Source: an uncultured Candidatus Bathyarchaeia archaeon
GTDB taxonomy: Archaea; Thermoproteota; Bathyarchaeia; Bathyarchaeales; DTEX01
Assembly: GCA_964513245.1 (NCBI GenBank)
Contig: CAZELO010000003.1
Coordinates: 27,066 to 91,065 of the forward strand
Length of the DNA stretch: 64,000 nt
Direction of reading: 5' to 3'
The notes below the pieces were generated by a model. The model made no database searches and had not been told where the DNA came from. It saw nothing but the letters and a program-made list of their open reading frames with translations. This document shows, piece by piece, positions 48,981 to 58,660 of the stretch. The position numbers were made by a program, and so were the translations under genes. How positions within the stretch are numbered: position 1 is the stretch's first letter; the number at the start of each line of letters is the position of its first letter.

Positions 48981-49510
48981 GCGGATCAGGCCTCTTTCCA
49001 ATTTTGCCTTAATATTCACTAGTCGGCATATAAGCCTTTAGGAAATGCTGAGAAAATACTGATGAGATGAGACCTTTGGTTTTGAGAAGCTAGTTATTTT
49101 GAAGGTAAGTGTTTGCCAAATGTAAAGCCTTATCAGAACCGGAAAGAAGATGCACTCTCCGAACAAAAGTTTCACTTCACCACAAAATAAGGACCAGTCT
49201 GCAGTATGCGGCACATTGCCTAGATGAAAGAACCGTCCCAACAGGTCATGCGTTCAGCTGGTAGTCGATTCATGGGTCAGCAGCACAACCATCCCGGACT
49301 GAGCGCAGGGTTAGGCTTTTTGCCGAAATGCCGACGAGACGAAGCTGAGGAGCATCTAAGTCCTCTTTTGTACAAATAGGGAACGGATTCAATCTGGCAA
49401 CACCTAATCAAAAATGTCTTCAAGAACCTCTAAACGTGTTGCTGTAAAAACCTTGGAAAACACCGAAAACAAAAACCTTATCTTGTCCGTGTCTGCAGAC
49501 GGCGCCATGT

Positions 49511-50200
49511 TTATGTTTGCTGTTTGTTGTCTTTGTCATTTCCTGTGAGATGGTCTTCTTTGTTGATCTCTACACGTTGCAGTTGTTCGGCATGTCGGGT
49601 AACATCCGTGAGCTTCTCTTCTATTGTGTTTTGGATGAAGACTTCTGGCGTCGTCCCCAGAATTTCAGATGCCTTTTCAACCCTTTCGTGAAGTGATTTT
49701 CTGACCATATAAACAGCATAGCTTGCGTTGGTGTATTTGCCCACCTCGACGAATCTATCTCGGGGAGGATCCGACAGTTGGAGCAACTTGCCTGTTCCGG
49801 CTGCCAAGCGGGCAGCCGAACTAGCTCTCTCTGATTGCGAATTGTCCTTGTATTCATGCGGCAGATATCGGGCAACCCATCTGTAGCTCATGCCAGTTTC
49901 TTCTGAGATCCTGTATGCTATCATTCCCCTCTCAGTGCCTTCGCTGAGATATATTTCTGCGAGTCTACCTAATTGGTCTGTTTTTTCCTTGCTGAGAACG
50001 GTTCTCCGGAGGTTATTGCAGACGATCCGAGCTATGACCCGCTGTTTCTCCGTCTCTATGTTCTCCAGCGTGACTCTTCTCCAGTTCGGATCAGCGTCAA
50101 TGCGGTGCTCCCCGTCAATAATGTTTCCAGAGCGGTCAACTAGTACTGGATAAAGCTGACCGATCCTTTCGGACGAAGACTTTAGCTCTTGGTTTGCCAA
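49511..50200 (-). CDS. ParB/Srx N-terminal domain protein with HTH
   Basis: L..S..RIGQLYPVLVD..GNIIDGEHR, N.LRR and ISEETGMSYRWV.RYL. Confidence 0.75.
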   Translation of the reverse strand: MANQELKSSSERIGQLYPVLVDRSGNIIDGEHRIDADPNWRRVTLENIETEKQRVIARIVCNNLRRTVLSKEKTDQLGRLAEIYLSEGTERGMIAYRISEETGMSYRWVARYLPHEYKDNSQSERASSAARLAAGTGKLLQLSDPPRDRFVEVGKYTNASYAVYMVRKSLHERVEKASEILGTTPEVFIQNTIEEKLTDVTRHAEQLQRVEINKEDHLTGNDKDNKQQT

Positions 50201-50348
50201 GGCCGTCTTTTCTCCAACAGCACCTAGTGTTCAATTTGCCCATAAAAACCTTTCCTCAGAGGGATTTTGCACGACTCTGAGCTACTTTTTTTGGAATATT
50301 ATCTATTGGGGAACTTTTGTCCGCGTAGAGATGCTTTCTATTGGCAAT

Positions 50349-51122
50349 CTAGATGCGAAAATGGCTCTTTATACCCACCTTGCGAAGTTCCATAATGGTG
50401 TTCTTTGTTGCCTCTATGAGGATCTCTAGGTCGCTACCTGCGCAGACAAATTGAAAACCTTGCTTGATACGGTTTATTGCGTCTTCGAGACCTAGACCGT
50501 GAATGCCCGTTATGACCCCTGATGCTCTTCCTACATCAAGGATCTTGGCAATAGTTTCTTGGACTTTCGGTGCAAACGGATTTTCAAGGTAGCCGAGGGA
50601 TGCCGATAAATCCATTGGGCCAATGTAGAATCCGTCCACTCCTTCAACTGCTAGAATGTCTTCTAGGTTGTCTACAGCCTTCTGAGACTCTATCTGGAGC
50701 ATTATCAGCAGCTCCCTGTTAGCCGTTTCCACATAGTTTGGGTCCAGATAGCTAGGCCGTCCTGGTCCGTATCCTCTGAGACCTTCTCCGGGATATTTGC
50801 AGGCTTCTACTGCTCTGGCGGCTTCTTCTTTTGTGTTGATCCAAGGGATGATCAGTCCGTAAGGTCCGATATCGAGAGATTTCTTGATAGCGACGAGGTC
50901 GTTCCATGGAACCCTTATGAGAGGAACCGTGTAGTTGCCACGCATGGCTTGCATGAGACTCTGGGTTGCTGCAACATCCAGAGGGCTGTGTTCATTGTCG
51001 AACACGAACCAATCGAACCCGAAGGTAGATAGCAGTTCTGTAACGTCTAGACTCGGCGTAGATATCCAAAGCCCCGCGGTCTGCTCCCCCGCTCTCAATC
51101 TTTTCTTGAGAAGGTTATCCAA
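50349..51122 (-). CDS. HpcH/HpaI aldolase (GarL/RhmA-like)
   Basis: GFDW.VFDNEHSP, PLIRVPWND...IKKSLD.G, KYP.EG.RG, QIES..AV.NLE.I, IGP.DLSASLG. Confidence 0.92.
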   Translation of the reverse strand: MDNLLKKRLRAGEQTAGLWISTPSLDVTELLSTFGFDWFVFDNEHSPLDVAATQSLMQAMRGNYTVPLIRVPWNDLVAIKKSLDIGPYGLIIPWINTKEEAARAVEACKYPGEGLRGYGPGRPSYLDPNYVETANRELLIMLQIESQKAVDNLEDILAVEGVDGFYIGPMDLSASLGYLENPFAPKVQETIAKILDVGRASGVITGIHGLGLEDAINRIKQGFQFVCAGSDLEILIEATKNTIMELRKVGIKSHFRI

Positions 51123-51506
51123 AATACCTGTCTCCTTTTTCGGATGTTCCTAATCACTATGCTTTGCGGAGTAATTAAGGTTCGCTCTTATTAGAATGTT
51201 GGCATTTTTCGAGACGGGCGCCGGCATTATTCCTTTTTTTATCCTGTCACTGAACTGTTACCCACCATCTTTGTAGAAGTATGTTTGCTGTTGAAGCTCT
51301 TCCCATGTTTGACAATCTTTACGATGCCATACCTAAGTAAGAATGTCTGCGACCGCCCAGCCGCTTCAAAGTTTGAGCACACTTACCGCCAGGAACGTAA
51401 ATCTCAAGATTGTTAGGACCATAAACATGCCAGAAGGGCATTCGAAACTGATAAGCGCCGAAACCGATAAGAGCAAGATATATTACTTCAACTTCTAACC
51501 AGATAT

Positions 51507-53597
51507 TTGGAAAGGAGAGAACGAAAAGTGAAGTACTCTAAAAAAGAGATACGTAAGAACGATTCTGTCCCTTTAGGCGGGTATCGTCTTCGCCGCTTGG
51601 AAAACCGTCCCGCCAGCGGAGACCCGCAGCAGATCGTGAAGATCCTCTTGGATAACAAATTTAATATGTTGACTGCCAGCGCAACCAGTGGATGGGGGCT
51701 TCCTTTTTACGAATCCAAGGTTCGACCGATGGATAAAAGGTGTACCGATCCGAATTTCATACCTACCCTCATCCGCCTTTGTCATGAAAACGACATCGAG
51801 ATTTGGAGCTGGGTTCCATTCAACATACAGGATATAGGAAAGGATTTCCGCGATTGGCCGATCTCCAAGCTCTATCCGGAGTACACGATGAAATTCATCA
51901 ATCCTAGTAAAGGCGAACCAGATGCAGCCGCAATGTGCACTCTCTCCTCGCCCTACATTGAGGAACACGCCAGATTCCTTAGAGAAATCGCGTCCTTGGG
52001 GTTTGACGGTTTCTGGTTTGACGGCGCAAAGACCCTCGCTGAACCCTATGGACCCAACCGAATTGGGTGCGTATGTGAGTATTGCCGCAAAGCTTTTCGC
52101 GAGGACACAGGCTTGGACCTGCCGACTTCTATAGACTGGAATGACCGGCGTTTCAAGGAATGGGTTCGCTGGCGTTATAGGCGAATGGTGCGTACGGCTG
52201 ATTACTTTGCTGATGAACTTCGCAGTGTTAACCCGAAAGCAAGAGTCGTGATGGGCACATACTGGTTCCCCGCTGGCCCAGGCGTATGGGACCGAGATTG
52301 GAGGAGAGGATGGCCTCTTGAATACTTCTCTAAGTTTGGAACACACGCCCACGGCATGCCTTACGAGGCTGCTCACGGCGTAGGATTACATGCCCGCATT
52401 GCGAGGGCTGGTAACCCGGAGTACACGGATATTTGGACCCCCATCTTTGCTCTGCCTCCTAAGAATCACTATCCATCTGTTCCGCCTCACACGATGCACA
52501 TGAAGCTGCACGGGCTGTGTTCTGTTATGAACGGGGCGGTTCCCTGGTACGGAGGAGACGGCAAAGGAATGAAGGAAGTGAACGAGGCACTTGCACAGGC
52601 GGAACCGTACTTCGGCGGTGATGAACTGAAGTATGTAGCCGTCGTTGTGTCAGACTTAACTCGGGATTTCTGGGCATCCAACACCAGAGCGGATCTGTAC
52701 TCTGGGACATTGTACGGGTTATACTCTATTTTGACGCAGCATCAAATTCAACACGGTTTCATCTTCAATTGTCATCTCGAGAAGGGCAACCTGAAAGATT
52801 ATTCCGTGATCGTGCTTCCCAACACTGCCTGTCTCTCAGACCAAGCTTGCGCCAAAGTAAAAGAGTGGGTCAGGGGCGGCGGGCTGCTCATCAGCTACTA
52901 CGAGACATCGCTGTACAATGAATGGGGCGAAAAAAGGGACAACTTTGGATTGGCAGACCTGTTCGGAGTGGACTATCTAGGAAGCAGCCCGATATCGCGG
53001 GAAATAATGCGACCAACAAACCTGCGAGCGGGAGACCTAAATGCCGGCGGGCAAAGGTTTGCCTTCTGTTCGCCGCACACGATGATTCAGGCCGTTGCTG
53101 ATGACGCTGAGGTGTTGGCGGCTACGGACCCGGCTTCCTCCGATGGGAAGGAAGAACCCGTGCTTGTACGCCGAGCATTCGGAGACGGCGAAGTTGTGTA
53201 CTGCACGGACGACATCGGGCTGGGATATCTCTGGTGGCCTTACGCTAGCACTAGGCGCATTCTGTCCAGTCTGATCTCTAGGAGACCTGCACCGTACACT
53301 GTGACTGCGCCGACCGTGGTAATGGCTAATGCGTTCAAAAAGGGCGACCGCCTTCTCGTACATCTCTTGAATTATCCCTACGCAACAAACAGAATGGTCG
53401 GTAAGGGGTTGCAGCCGGTTGTAGACGAACCAGTACCGGTCCACGACATAGGCATCAGTGTCAACGCGTTCAAAGTCAAATCAGCACGCACAGCCATATC
53501 CAAAAAGGAACTCAAGGTTTCCCAGTCTGAAGGAAGATACACCACTCAGTTACCGCCGCTCGAACTATACGAAATTGCTGAGTTTGATCTCTCTTGA
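51507..53597 (+). CDS. GHL6-like / GH42-like TIM barrel with beta-galactosidase trimerisation domain
   Basis: DGFWFD, CVCEYCR..F, VIVLPNTACLSD, WVRGGG.LI, TSLYNEWG..R.NFGLADLFGV, LVHLLN. Confidence 0.8.
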   Translation: MERRERKVKYSKKEIRKNDSVPLGGYRLRRLENRPASGDPQQIVKILLDNKFNMLTASATSGWGLPFYESKVRPMDKRCTDPNFIPTLIRLCHENDIEIWSWVPFNIQDIGKDFRDWPISKLYPEYTMKFINPSKGEPDAAAMCTLSSPYIEEHARFLREIASLGFDGFWFDGAKTLAEPYGPNRIGCVCEYCRKAFREDTGLDLPTSIDWNDRRFKEWVRWRYRRMVRTADYFADELRSVNPKARVVMGTYWFPAGPGVWDRDWRRGWPLEYFSKFGTHAHGMPYEAAHGVGLHARIARAGNPEYTDIWTPIFALPPKNHYPSVPPHTMHMKLHGLCSVMNGAVPWYGGDGKGMKEVNEALAQAEPYFGGDELKYVAVVVSDLTRDFWASNTRADLYSGTLYGLYSILTQHQIQHGFIFNCHLEKGNLKDYSVIVLPNTACLSDQACAKVKEWVRGGGLLISYYETSLYNEWGEKRDNFGLADLFGVDYLGSSPISREIMRPTNLRAGDLNAGGQRFAFCSPHTMIQAVADDAEVLAATDPASSDGKEEPVLVRRAFGDGEVVYCTDDIGLGYLWWPYASTRRILSSLISRRPAPYTVTAPTVVMANAFKKGDRLLVHLLNYPYATNRMVGKGLQPVVDEPVPVHDIGISVNAFKVKSARTAISKKELKVSQSEGRYTTQLPPLELYEIAEFDLS

Positions 53598-53738
53598 CTC
53601 CCATAACCGTAAATTTCCCCGAATATTTCCACGTTTGAAAAATCGATCAGCAGATTCCCACATTGCCTATCCAGACCCAAATCACTGGGTCTCTCCTCAT
53701 TAAAGGGCATAAACCCCGGTTGTTGTGTATGCCGTATG

Positions 53739-54302
53739 TTATTTCTTTCGCCATTCACCTGTATCGTCTTGGACGATAAGCTTAGCAGATAGAGCTACGC
53801 TGAGAATACGACGTTCACTCTCCGTTAGCTGGCGGGTTTCCTCCTCCTTCAGTGGCAGCTTGCCGAGCAGTCTTGCCAGCGACTCTCGGTGAATTGCATA
53901 TGTCTTCCCGTTGACGTTCACTATCTCAGCGAATTCGTTAACAGCTGACAAGTATGTGTCTACCATTTCCTTCTTCACAAACCGAAGTCTCTTAGTCCTT
54001 GCAATGTCCTCAGTTTCGTCTATTACCCCTTCATTGGTCAATTTTTCCTCAAGTTGTTCGAAAGCCTTCGCTTGCATCTTTTGGACACGTTTCAGCCCAT
54101 ACTTACGATTAAAATAGCCAGTAATCATGAAGACAAGACAAAACCCTGAAAATGCGCCAATGAATACTACAGAGTCATATCCCTCGTAAACAGCGATTAT
54201 GAAAGCTGCTATTACAGCAGCTGTGATGTTGAGAATTATTTGTGTTTTTATCTTCACGGATTCTCCCCCTCTCAACATGTTGCATTGATCACTGCCATGC
54301 AT
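53739..54302 (-). CDS. Hypothetical membrane-anchored protein
   Basis: Two N-terminal hydrophobic helices followed by a charged domain; likely start is GTG after GAGGGGGAG. Confidence 0.6.
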   Translation of the reverse strand: MHGSDQCNMLRGGESVKIKTQIILNITAAVIAAFIIAVYEGYDSVVFIGAFSGFCLVFMITGYFNRKYGLKRVQKMQAKAFEQLEEKLTNEGVIDETEDIARTKRLRFVKKEMVDTYLSAVNEFAEIVNVNGKTYAIHRESLARLLGKLPLKEEETRQLTESERRILSVALSAKLIVQDDTGEWRKK

Positions 54303-54350
54303 TTATTGCTATAACTGTTACGGTTATATGTTTTCGCATACTTGATATTT

Positions 54351-56126
54351 TTAGCCTTTTGGTGCCGTCACCCAGATGGGGCTGGACCATGCCATCGCGT
54401 TGTCTTTTTGTGTGACACGTAGATAGTAGAAACAGGTCTCTCCGATGTTCTCTCGGTCCACAAGGTTGATCTCTGCTGTCCGACCTCTGATTTCCTTCTT
54501 GAGGATGTCCACGTTGTTTCTAACAAGTTCAATGTGCGCTATGTCCGTAGTTCCCTCGACTCTGGCCATGATCGTTCGGGGAGAAACCTTCTCAGGCACC
54601 GTGATTTCCGAACCCATTACCTTTCCGTTAACCTTGAAGTCCAACAGAATTCGGGTGCCCGTCGTAGCATAGCATCGTCTCTCGTAAAGGGCACGAAAGA
54701 CCTCTTCCCGCGTAAGCCGCGGAGCCAGCACAGCGACCAATCCGGAGCCTAGCGACGCGTGGTTGCCGTTCCCCGAATTACCCGGATGCCCATCATGCCC
54801 ATCAGAGGAGGCAATTATTCCAAGGCGGTGACCTTGGGCTAAGGCATCCTGAACCGACAATCCCTCGAAGCGGTCTGGAGGGCACGAATAGGGAGCGCCG
54901 AAGTATTCCGAGTTTCCCCAGTTGGAGTATACCTCTACAAGCCGGTCGAATTCTGGGTCCATGTAGCCCCAGTCTAGAGGAAAGAAACTGGTGTTGGGGT
55001 GGTGGGGCACTGTGATGGCTTTGGCACCGCATCGACGGAGTTCCCTCCACAAATCAGCGGGAGTGAGGAATCCGCCTGCTTCGATGCTGCCGTGCCACGG
55101 TATCGTGGTGTATTTCGGTCCGCTTTCGATTAGCGGCCATTTGCTGTCGAGATAGTAGACGTTTCGGTGACCGTACCAAGTGGAGGTCCATTCAAAGCTC
55201 GGCAGGGTCACGAAGCGTCCTTCCTCGTTGTATTCGTCTGCCTTCTCTAACCTGAGTTCCCACTCTCCCGCTTCAGGCAACTGCCAGTCGTGGTCAGCCA
55301 AAGCAAATATGTCTAGATTTGCCACGTCACGGGCATACTGATAATTGTCGTCTATGCTGCCCAGCCCGCACGCTATCCATTTTGACTCGCCGCTGTGAAC
55401 GTGAATGTCCCCGAAGAATACCTTGTACTCGCCCATCTGAGGAGGAGCCTCTTCGCTGCAGACGGCTGCCACGCCCTTGTCGATGTACGTATCGTAAAAA
55501 AGGGTCTCGCGGGTTTCAGCTCCGAACCAACGTTTTGAAGGTTCAACAGACCATCTTCCCATAAGTTTTCTTCTGTTCGAGCAGACCTTCAGAACGTTTC
55601 TTCCTTCCTTCAGCTTAGCCTTCGGAATTTTCAAGAACCCGAGGCCGAGAGATGCCGTTGCCTCTTCTTGGATGTGCTCATTCACATACACCGCCATGCG
55701 TGGAGGCGCGGTTAGAAGATTCTTCACCCAGTAGTGAAATGTGCAGCCTTGCCTACGCCAAGTCTGGTTCTCCTTAACAACTCGGAAAGACAAGAGGTAT
55801 CCGCCGTTAAGGTACATGTCAAACTGTCCTGTTGGTTGAGGCAAAGCCGAGCCTATGCCGGTGCCCATCCAGAAAACGAAGACCACGTCCTTCGCATCGG
55901 TTGCGGACGGAACAAGATCGGTTTGCCACTCTACGTAATCCGAGCCGTTTTGATGAATGTAAAATGAACCCGGCAAATCATCTTTAGGATGAATCGAGCC
56001 TCCCACGCTGGATTCCAGGAACTCCGAGACCCCAGAAACAAGTTCAACCGAGTACAGCCGCCTCGCTTCGTCACAGATTTCCTTTTTCGATCTTCGACCT
56101 TCCCGAGTTCCCTTCATTTTCAACAT
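54351..56126 (-). CDS. PHP-fold metallohydrolase (DUF3604 / CehA-McbA-like)
   Basis: FFGDIHVHS, ADHD, GHRNV, VPHHP, SSDGHDGHPG, MAWSSPIW. ATG 56126 (MLKMK) matches the paralogue's start. Confidence 0.85.
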   Translation of the reverse strand: MLKMKGTREGRRSKKEICDEARRLYSVELVSGVSEFLESSVGGSIHPKDDLPGSFYIHQNGSDYVEWQTDLVPSATDAKDVVFVFWMGTGIGSALPQPTGQFDMYLNGGYLLSFRVVKENQTWRRQGCTFHYWVKNLLTAPPRMAVYVNEHIQEEATASLGLGFLKIPKAKLKEGRNVLKVCSNRRKLMGRWSVEPSKRWFGAETRETLFYDTYIDKGVAAVCSEEAPPQMGEYKVFFGDIHVHSGESKWIACGLGSIDDNYQYARDVANLDIFALADHDWQLPEAGEWELRLEKADEYNEEGRFVTLPSFEWTSTWYGHRNVYYLDSKWPLIESGPKYTTIPWHGSIEAGGFLTPADLWRELRRCGAKAITVPHHPNTSFFPLDWGYMDPEFDRLVEVYSNWGNSEYFGAPYSCPPDRFEGLSVQDALAQGHRLGIIASSDGHDGHPGNSGNGNHASLGSGLVAVLAPRLTREEVFRALYERRCYATTGTRILLDFKVNGKVMGSEITVPEKVSPRTIMARVEGTTDIAHIELVRNNVDILKKEIRGRTAEINLVDRENIGETCFYYLRVTQKDNAMAWSSPIWVTAPKG

Positions 56127-56230
56127 TTCACGTTTTCCTCCATTTTGCCATATCATGCCGTTCAACAGATTCTCAGTTTTTCTCTCCGAATCCATTTATT
56201 CCGTTCTTTTTCTGTCTTTGAAGATGCCTC

Positions 56231-57664
56231 TTAGTCCTCTAGCCAGAACGAATAGAAGCTCGCATTGCGCAATTTAAACCTGAGGCTAACCACCTCGCCT
56301 CTCAACGCTGCCATGTCGCCTTGTTCCCATTTCAGTTCGCCATGGGGCGAATTGCCCTTGAGCGGGGCGGATGCAGCCACAGCCTTTCCATCCACGTCCA
56401 AGACCTCGGCACGAATTTCGCCTTGCCACGCTTCCACATTCACAAACAGCCTGCTGCCAGACATTTTGAACGGCTTGGTTAGTAGGATGCCTTCCTGCGT
56501 TTCCGCGTCAAGGGAGACAAAGCCGTCTCGGCGTAGCACAGCTAAGCAGATTGCGCCTTGATCGGGGTCGAGCTTCGGCTCATCTTGCGCAAATGCCCCG
56601 CGGTACTTAAGCCCCGTATAGTAGAACCAGAGTTCGTCGCCGCGCACCACTGGATAGGATGGACCGATTATCTGGGTTAGGTCGTAGGCGCCTGCTCCGA
56701 GCGGCGATGGCTCGATGAAGGGCTTGCGGTCGCCTATTCTTTTCCAATTCTTGAGGTCTCGGCTGCAGATTAATTGCACTAGGTGAAAGCCGATTGTGTT
56801 GGGGTAGTTGGGCACCGGGCCGACAGCGTGGTACATCGCGGGTATCCCTATGTAGAGCCTTTCGTAGCGGAAGACGCCCATATTGTAAACGTCAACGTTG
56901 TACACGGCTGGATCGTTCCACGGGGGTCGTTGAAGCGCAGGATTGGCCAGACGGGCTTTGATGTTTTCGCGCCCCAGCTCTTGATCCAAATCATCCGCAT
57001 GAAAGGTCAGCTCCGGTTCGGTCCAGTGTTCGAAATCCTTGCTAGTGGACAGCCAGACCGATCGACCGTGCGGTCCGCCGTGCTTCACGGTGAGAATGAA
57101 CAGGCGTTCTGGTTCGTCGAAGGAGAAATTGTATTCGTCGGAGCTTGGGACGCCCGGAACGTCAAGCATTTTCCAGTTTCTTCCGTCAGGCGAGACGATG
57201 AAGCCGATTTTGGGTAGTGCCCCCTTGTATCGGCGTGTCGGGTCTGGGTCGGTCGCGTCGTACACGACTAGGGGCACGCCGAACTGTCCCTTTTCTGAGC
57301 GGACGGCAACAAGGTTGTTTTCGCGTGATCCTTTTCTTTCAATCTGGCCTACGACGGGTTTGCACCAGTGAAGCCCGTCCTTGCTCTCGTAGTAGCCTGA
57401 ACAGTACAATCCCATCTTGTGCAGGTCGTTAGGGGTAGAGCAGTCCCACAATTTGTAGACCTTCTCATGCGGGTCCCAGATCGGCGCTGTGCGGATTTGA
57501 ATCACAGACGTGTCCGAGTCGTCAGGATCAGGCCTGATAACGGCTCCCTTCTTCTTTGGCTGGTGCATGATAGATTTCAGGTTCTCGGTCCTAGCGATTA
57601 TCAAATCGTCCAGAAACAACTGCCGCTGTCCTACTGGCACGCTGAGGGCTGTCTCATTTTTCAT
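56231..57664 (-). CDS. Five-bladed beta-propeller glycosidase-like protein (subtype A)
   Basis: RQLFLDD, ESKDGLHW.KP, SPDG.NW, SRDLKNW.R, GDELWFYYTG, LRRDGFVS, LRF.LRNA.FYSF. Confidence 0.75.
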   Translation of the reverse strand: MKNETALSVPVGQRQLFLDDLIIARTENLKSIMHQPKKKGAVIRPDPDDSDTSVIQIRTAPIWDPHEKVYKLWDCSTPNDLHKMGLYCSGYYESKDGLHWCKPVVGQIERKGSRENNLVAVRSEKGQFGVPLVVYDATDPDPTRRYKGALPKIGFIVSPDGRNWKMLDVPGVPSSDEYNFSFDEPERLFILTVKHGGPHGRSVWLSTSKDFEHWTEPELTFHADDLDQELGRENIKARLANPALQRPPWNDPAVYNVDVYNMGVFRYERLYIGIPAMYHAVGPVPNYPNTIGFHLVQLICSRDLKNWKRIGDRKPFIEPSPLGAGAYDLTQIIGPSYPVVRGDELWFYYTGLKYRGAFAQDEPKLDPDQGAICLAVLRRDGFVSLDAETQEGILLTKPFKMSGSRLFVNVEAWQGEIRAEVLDVDGKAVAASAPLKGNSPHGELKWEQGDMAALRGEVVSLRFKLRNASFYSFWLED

Positions 57665-57916
57665 GTTGGTTTCGCCCTTCTTGATTTACCTGGCGTTTCG
57701 CCTTTCTAGCGTTTCATGTTTCATTTGTTGTTCGTTTAGATAAATCTATATCCAAAGATTTCGGTGCTTGCGAACCTGAGATGCGACAAAATTTTTTCCG
57801 TCCTCAAGCTTTCCTAGAGGGTCCCCATTGCTTCTTTGAGCACTAATATTGATGATCATCGTGCAAGGACGCACAAGAATAAAAGAGGAAATCGTCTTAC
57901 TAGAAGTGAGTACCCT

Positions 57917-58372
57917 ATGACTAACGAAACCTTGAAGATTAGGATTGCCAAGACTGGTGATTATTCGGCGTGTTTACCTTTATTCATGAGCCTCCACCGC
58001 GGCGACCTAGGCCCGAGCTTCCAGTCGGTCTTTGAAGACTACGTCAACGGAGAAGACGGCATAGTTCTCGTCGCCGAACAATCTCAAAACGTGATAGGCA
58101 TCTTGGCAGGCAGCTATCATTTAGACATCGATTGGGAAGGAAAAACCGCAAAGATAGATGCAATAATCATCAATGAGCGTTGCAGAAGAAAAGGCATCGG
58201 GACTAGATTGACGAAGTACTTCATTAGAAAAGCAAGGAACGACGGCTGCAAAGCAGTTAAATCCCGCGTGAACACCAAAAACCTAACTGCACAATCATTC
58301 CACGAAAGCCTAGACTTCGAGAGAGCTAACACTTATGAATACTTTCTAGACCTCCCTAAGAAACCTAAATAA
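57917..58372 (+). CDS. GNAT family N-acetyltransferase
   Basis: LVAE, I..III.ERCRRKGIGT.L (acetyl-CoA motif A) and N..AQSF.ESL.F. Confidence 0.88.
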   Translation: MTNETLKIRIAKTGDYSACLPLFMSLHRGDLGPSFQSVFEDYVNGEDGIVLVAEQSQNVIGILAGSYHLDIDWEGKTAKIDAIIINERCRRKGIGTRLTKYFIRKARNDGCKAVKSRVNTKNLTAQSFHESLDFERANTYEYFLDLPKKPK

Positions 58373-58660
58373 TCCTTCAGAGTTCCCCCCTCTGGTAACG
58401 CCGACTGTTGGAACCCCTGTTTGGATGTCAGTATTCAGGTTCTCAAACTTCTGACTCCTATGTAACGCTATACTACTCTCAGAATCCTGTAACCCCAGCA
58501 TCATTCGCGAGTTGTTTTCCTTTCTCGACAAGAAAGCCTACAATAGGGCTGTTCTTTTCTGCAAGTACCTTCTATGCCACGAAGCCGGAGCTCTCTAGGC
58601 GATTCAGTACACGGGTGGTTGCAGTGGAATACCTAGCTGCTTTTGCCGAGTTTAGGTAGA

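Noticed and set aside
49020-49510. Long intergenic gaps (also 23750-24085, 32730-33065, 51125-51500) as ncRNA or tRNA loci
   Set aside because: No cloverleaf, riboswitch consensus or convincing stable repeat structure could be seen by eye.
51443-51474. 16-bp tandem duplication CGAAACYGATAAGMGC
   Set aside because: Only two copies; most simply a duplicated BRE/TATA-like promoter element, with no further support.
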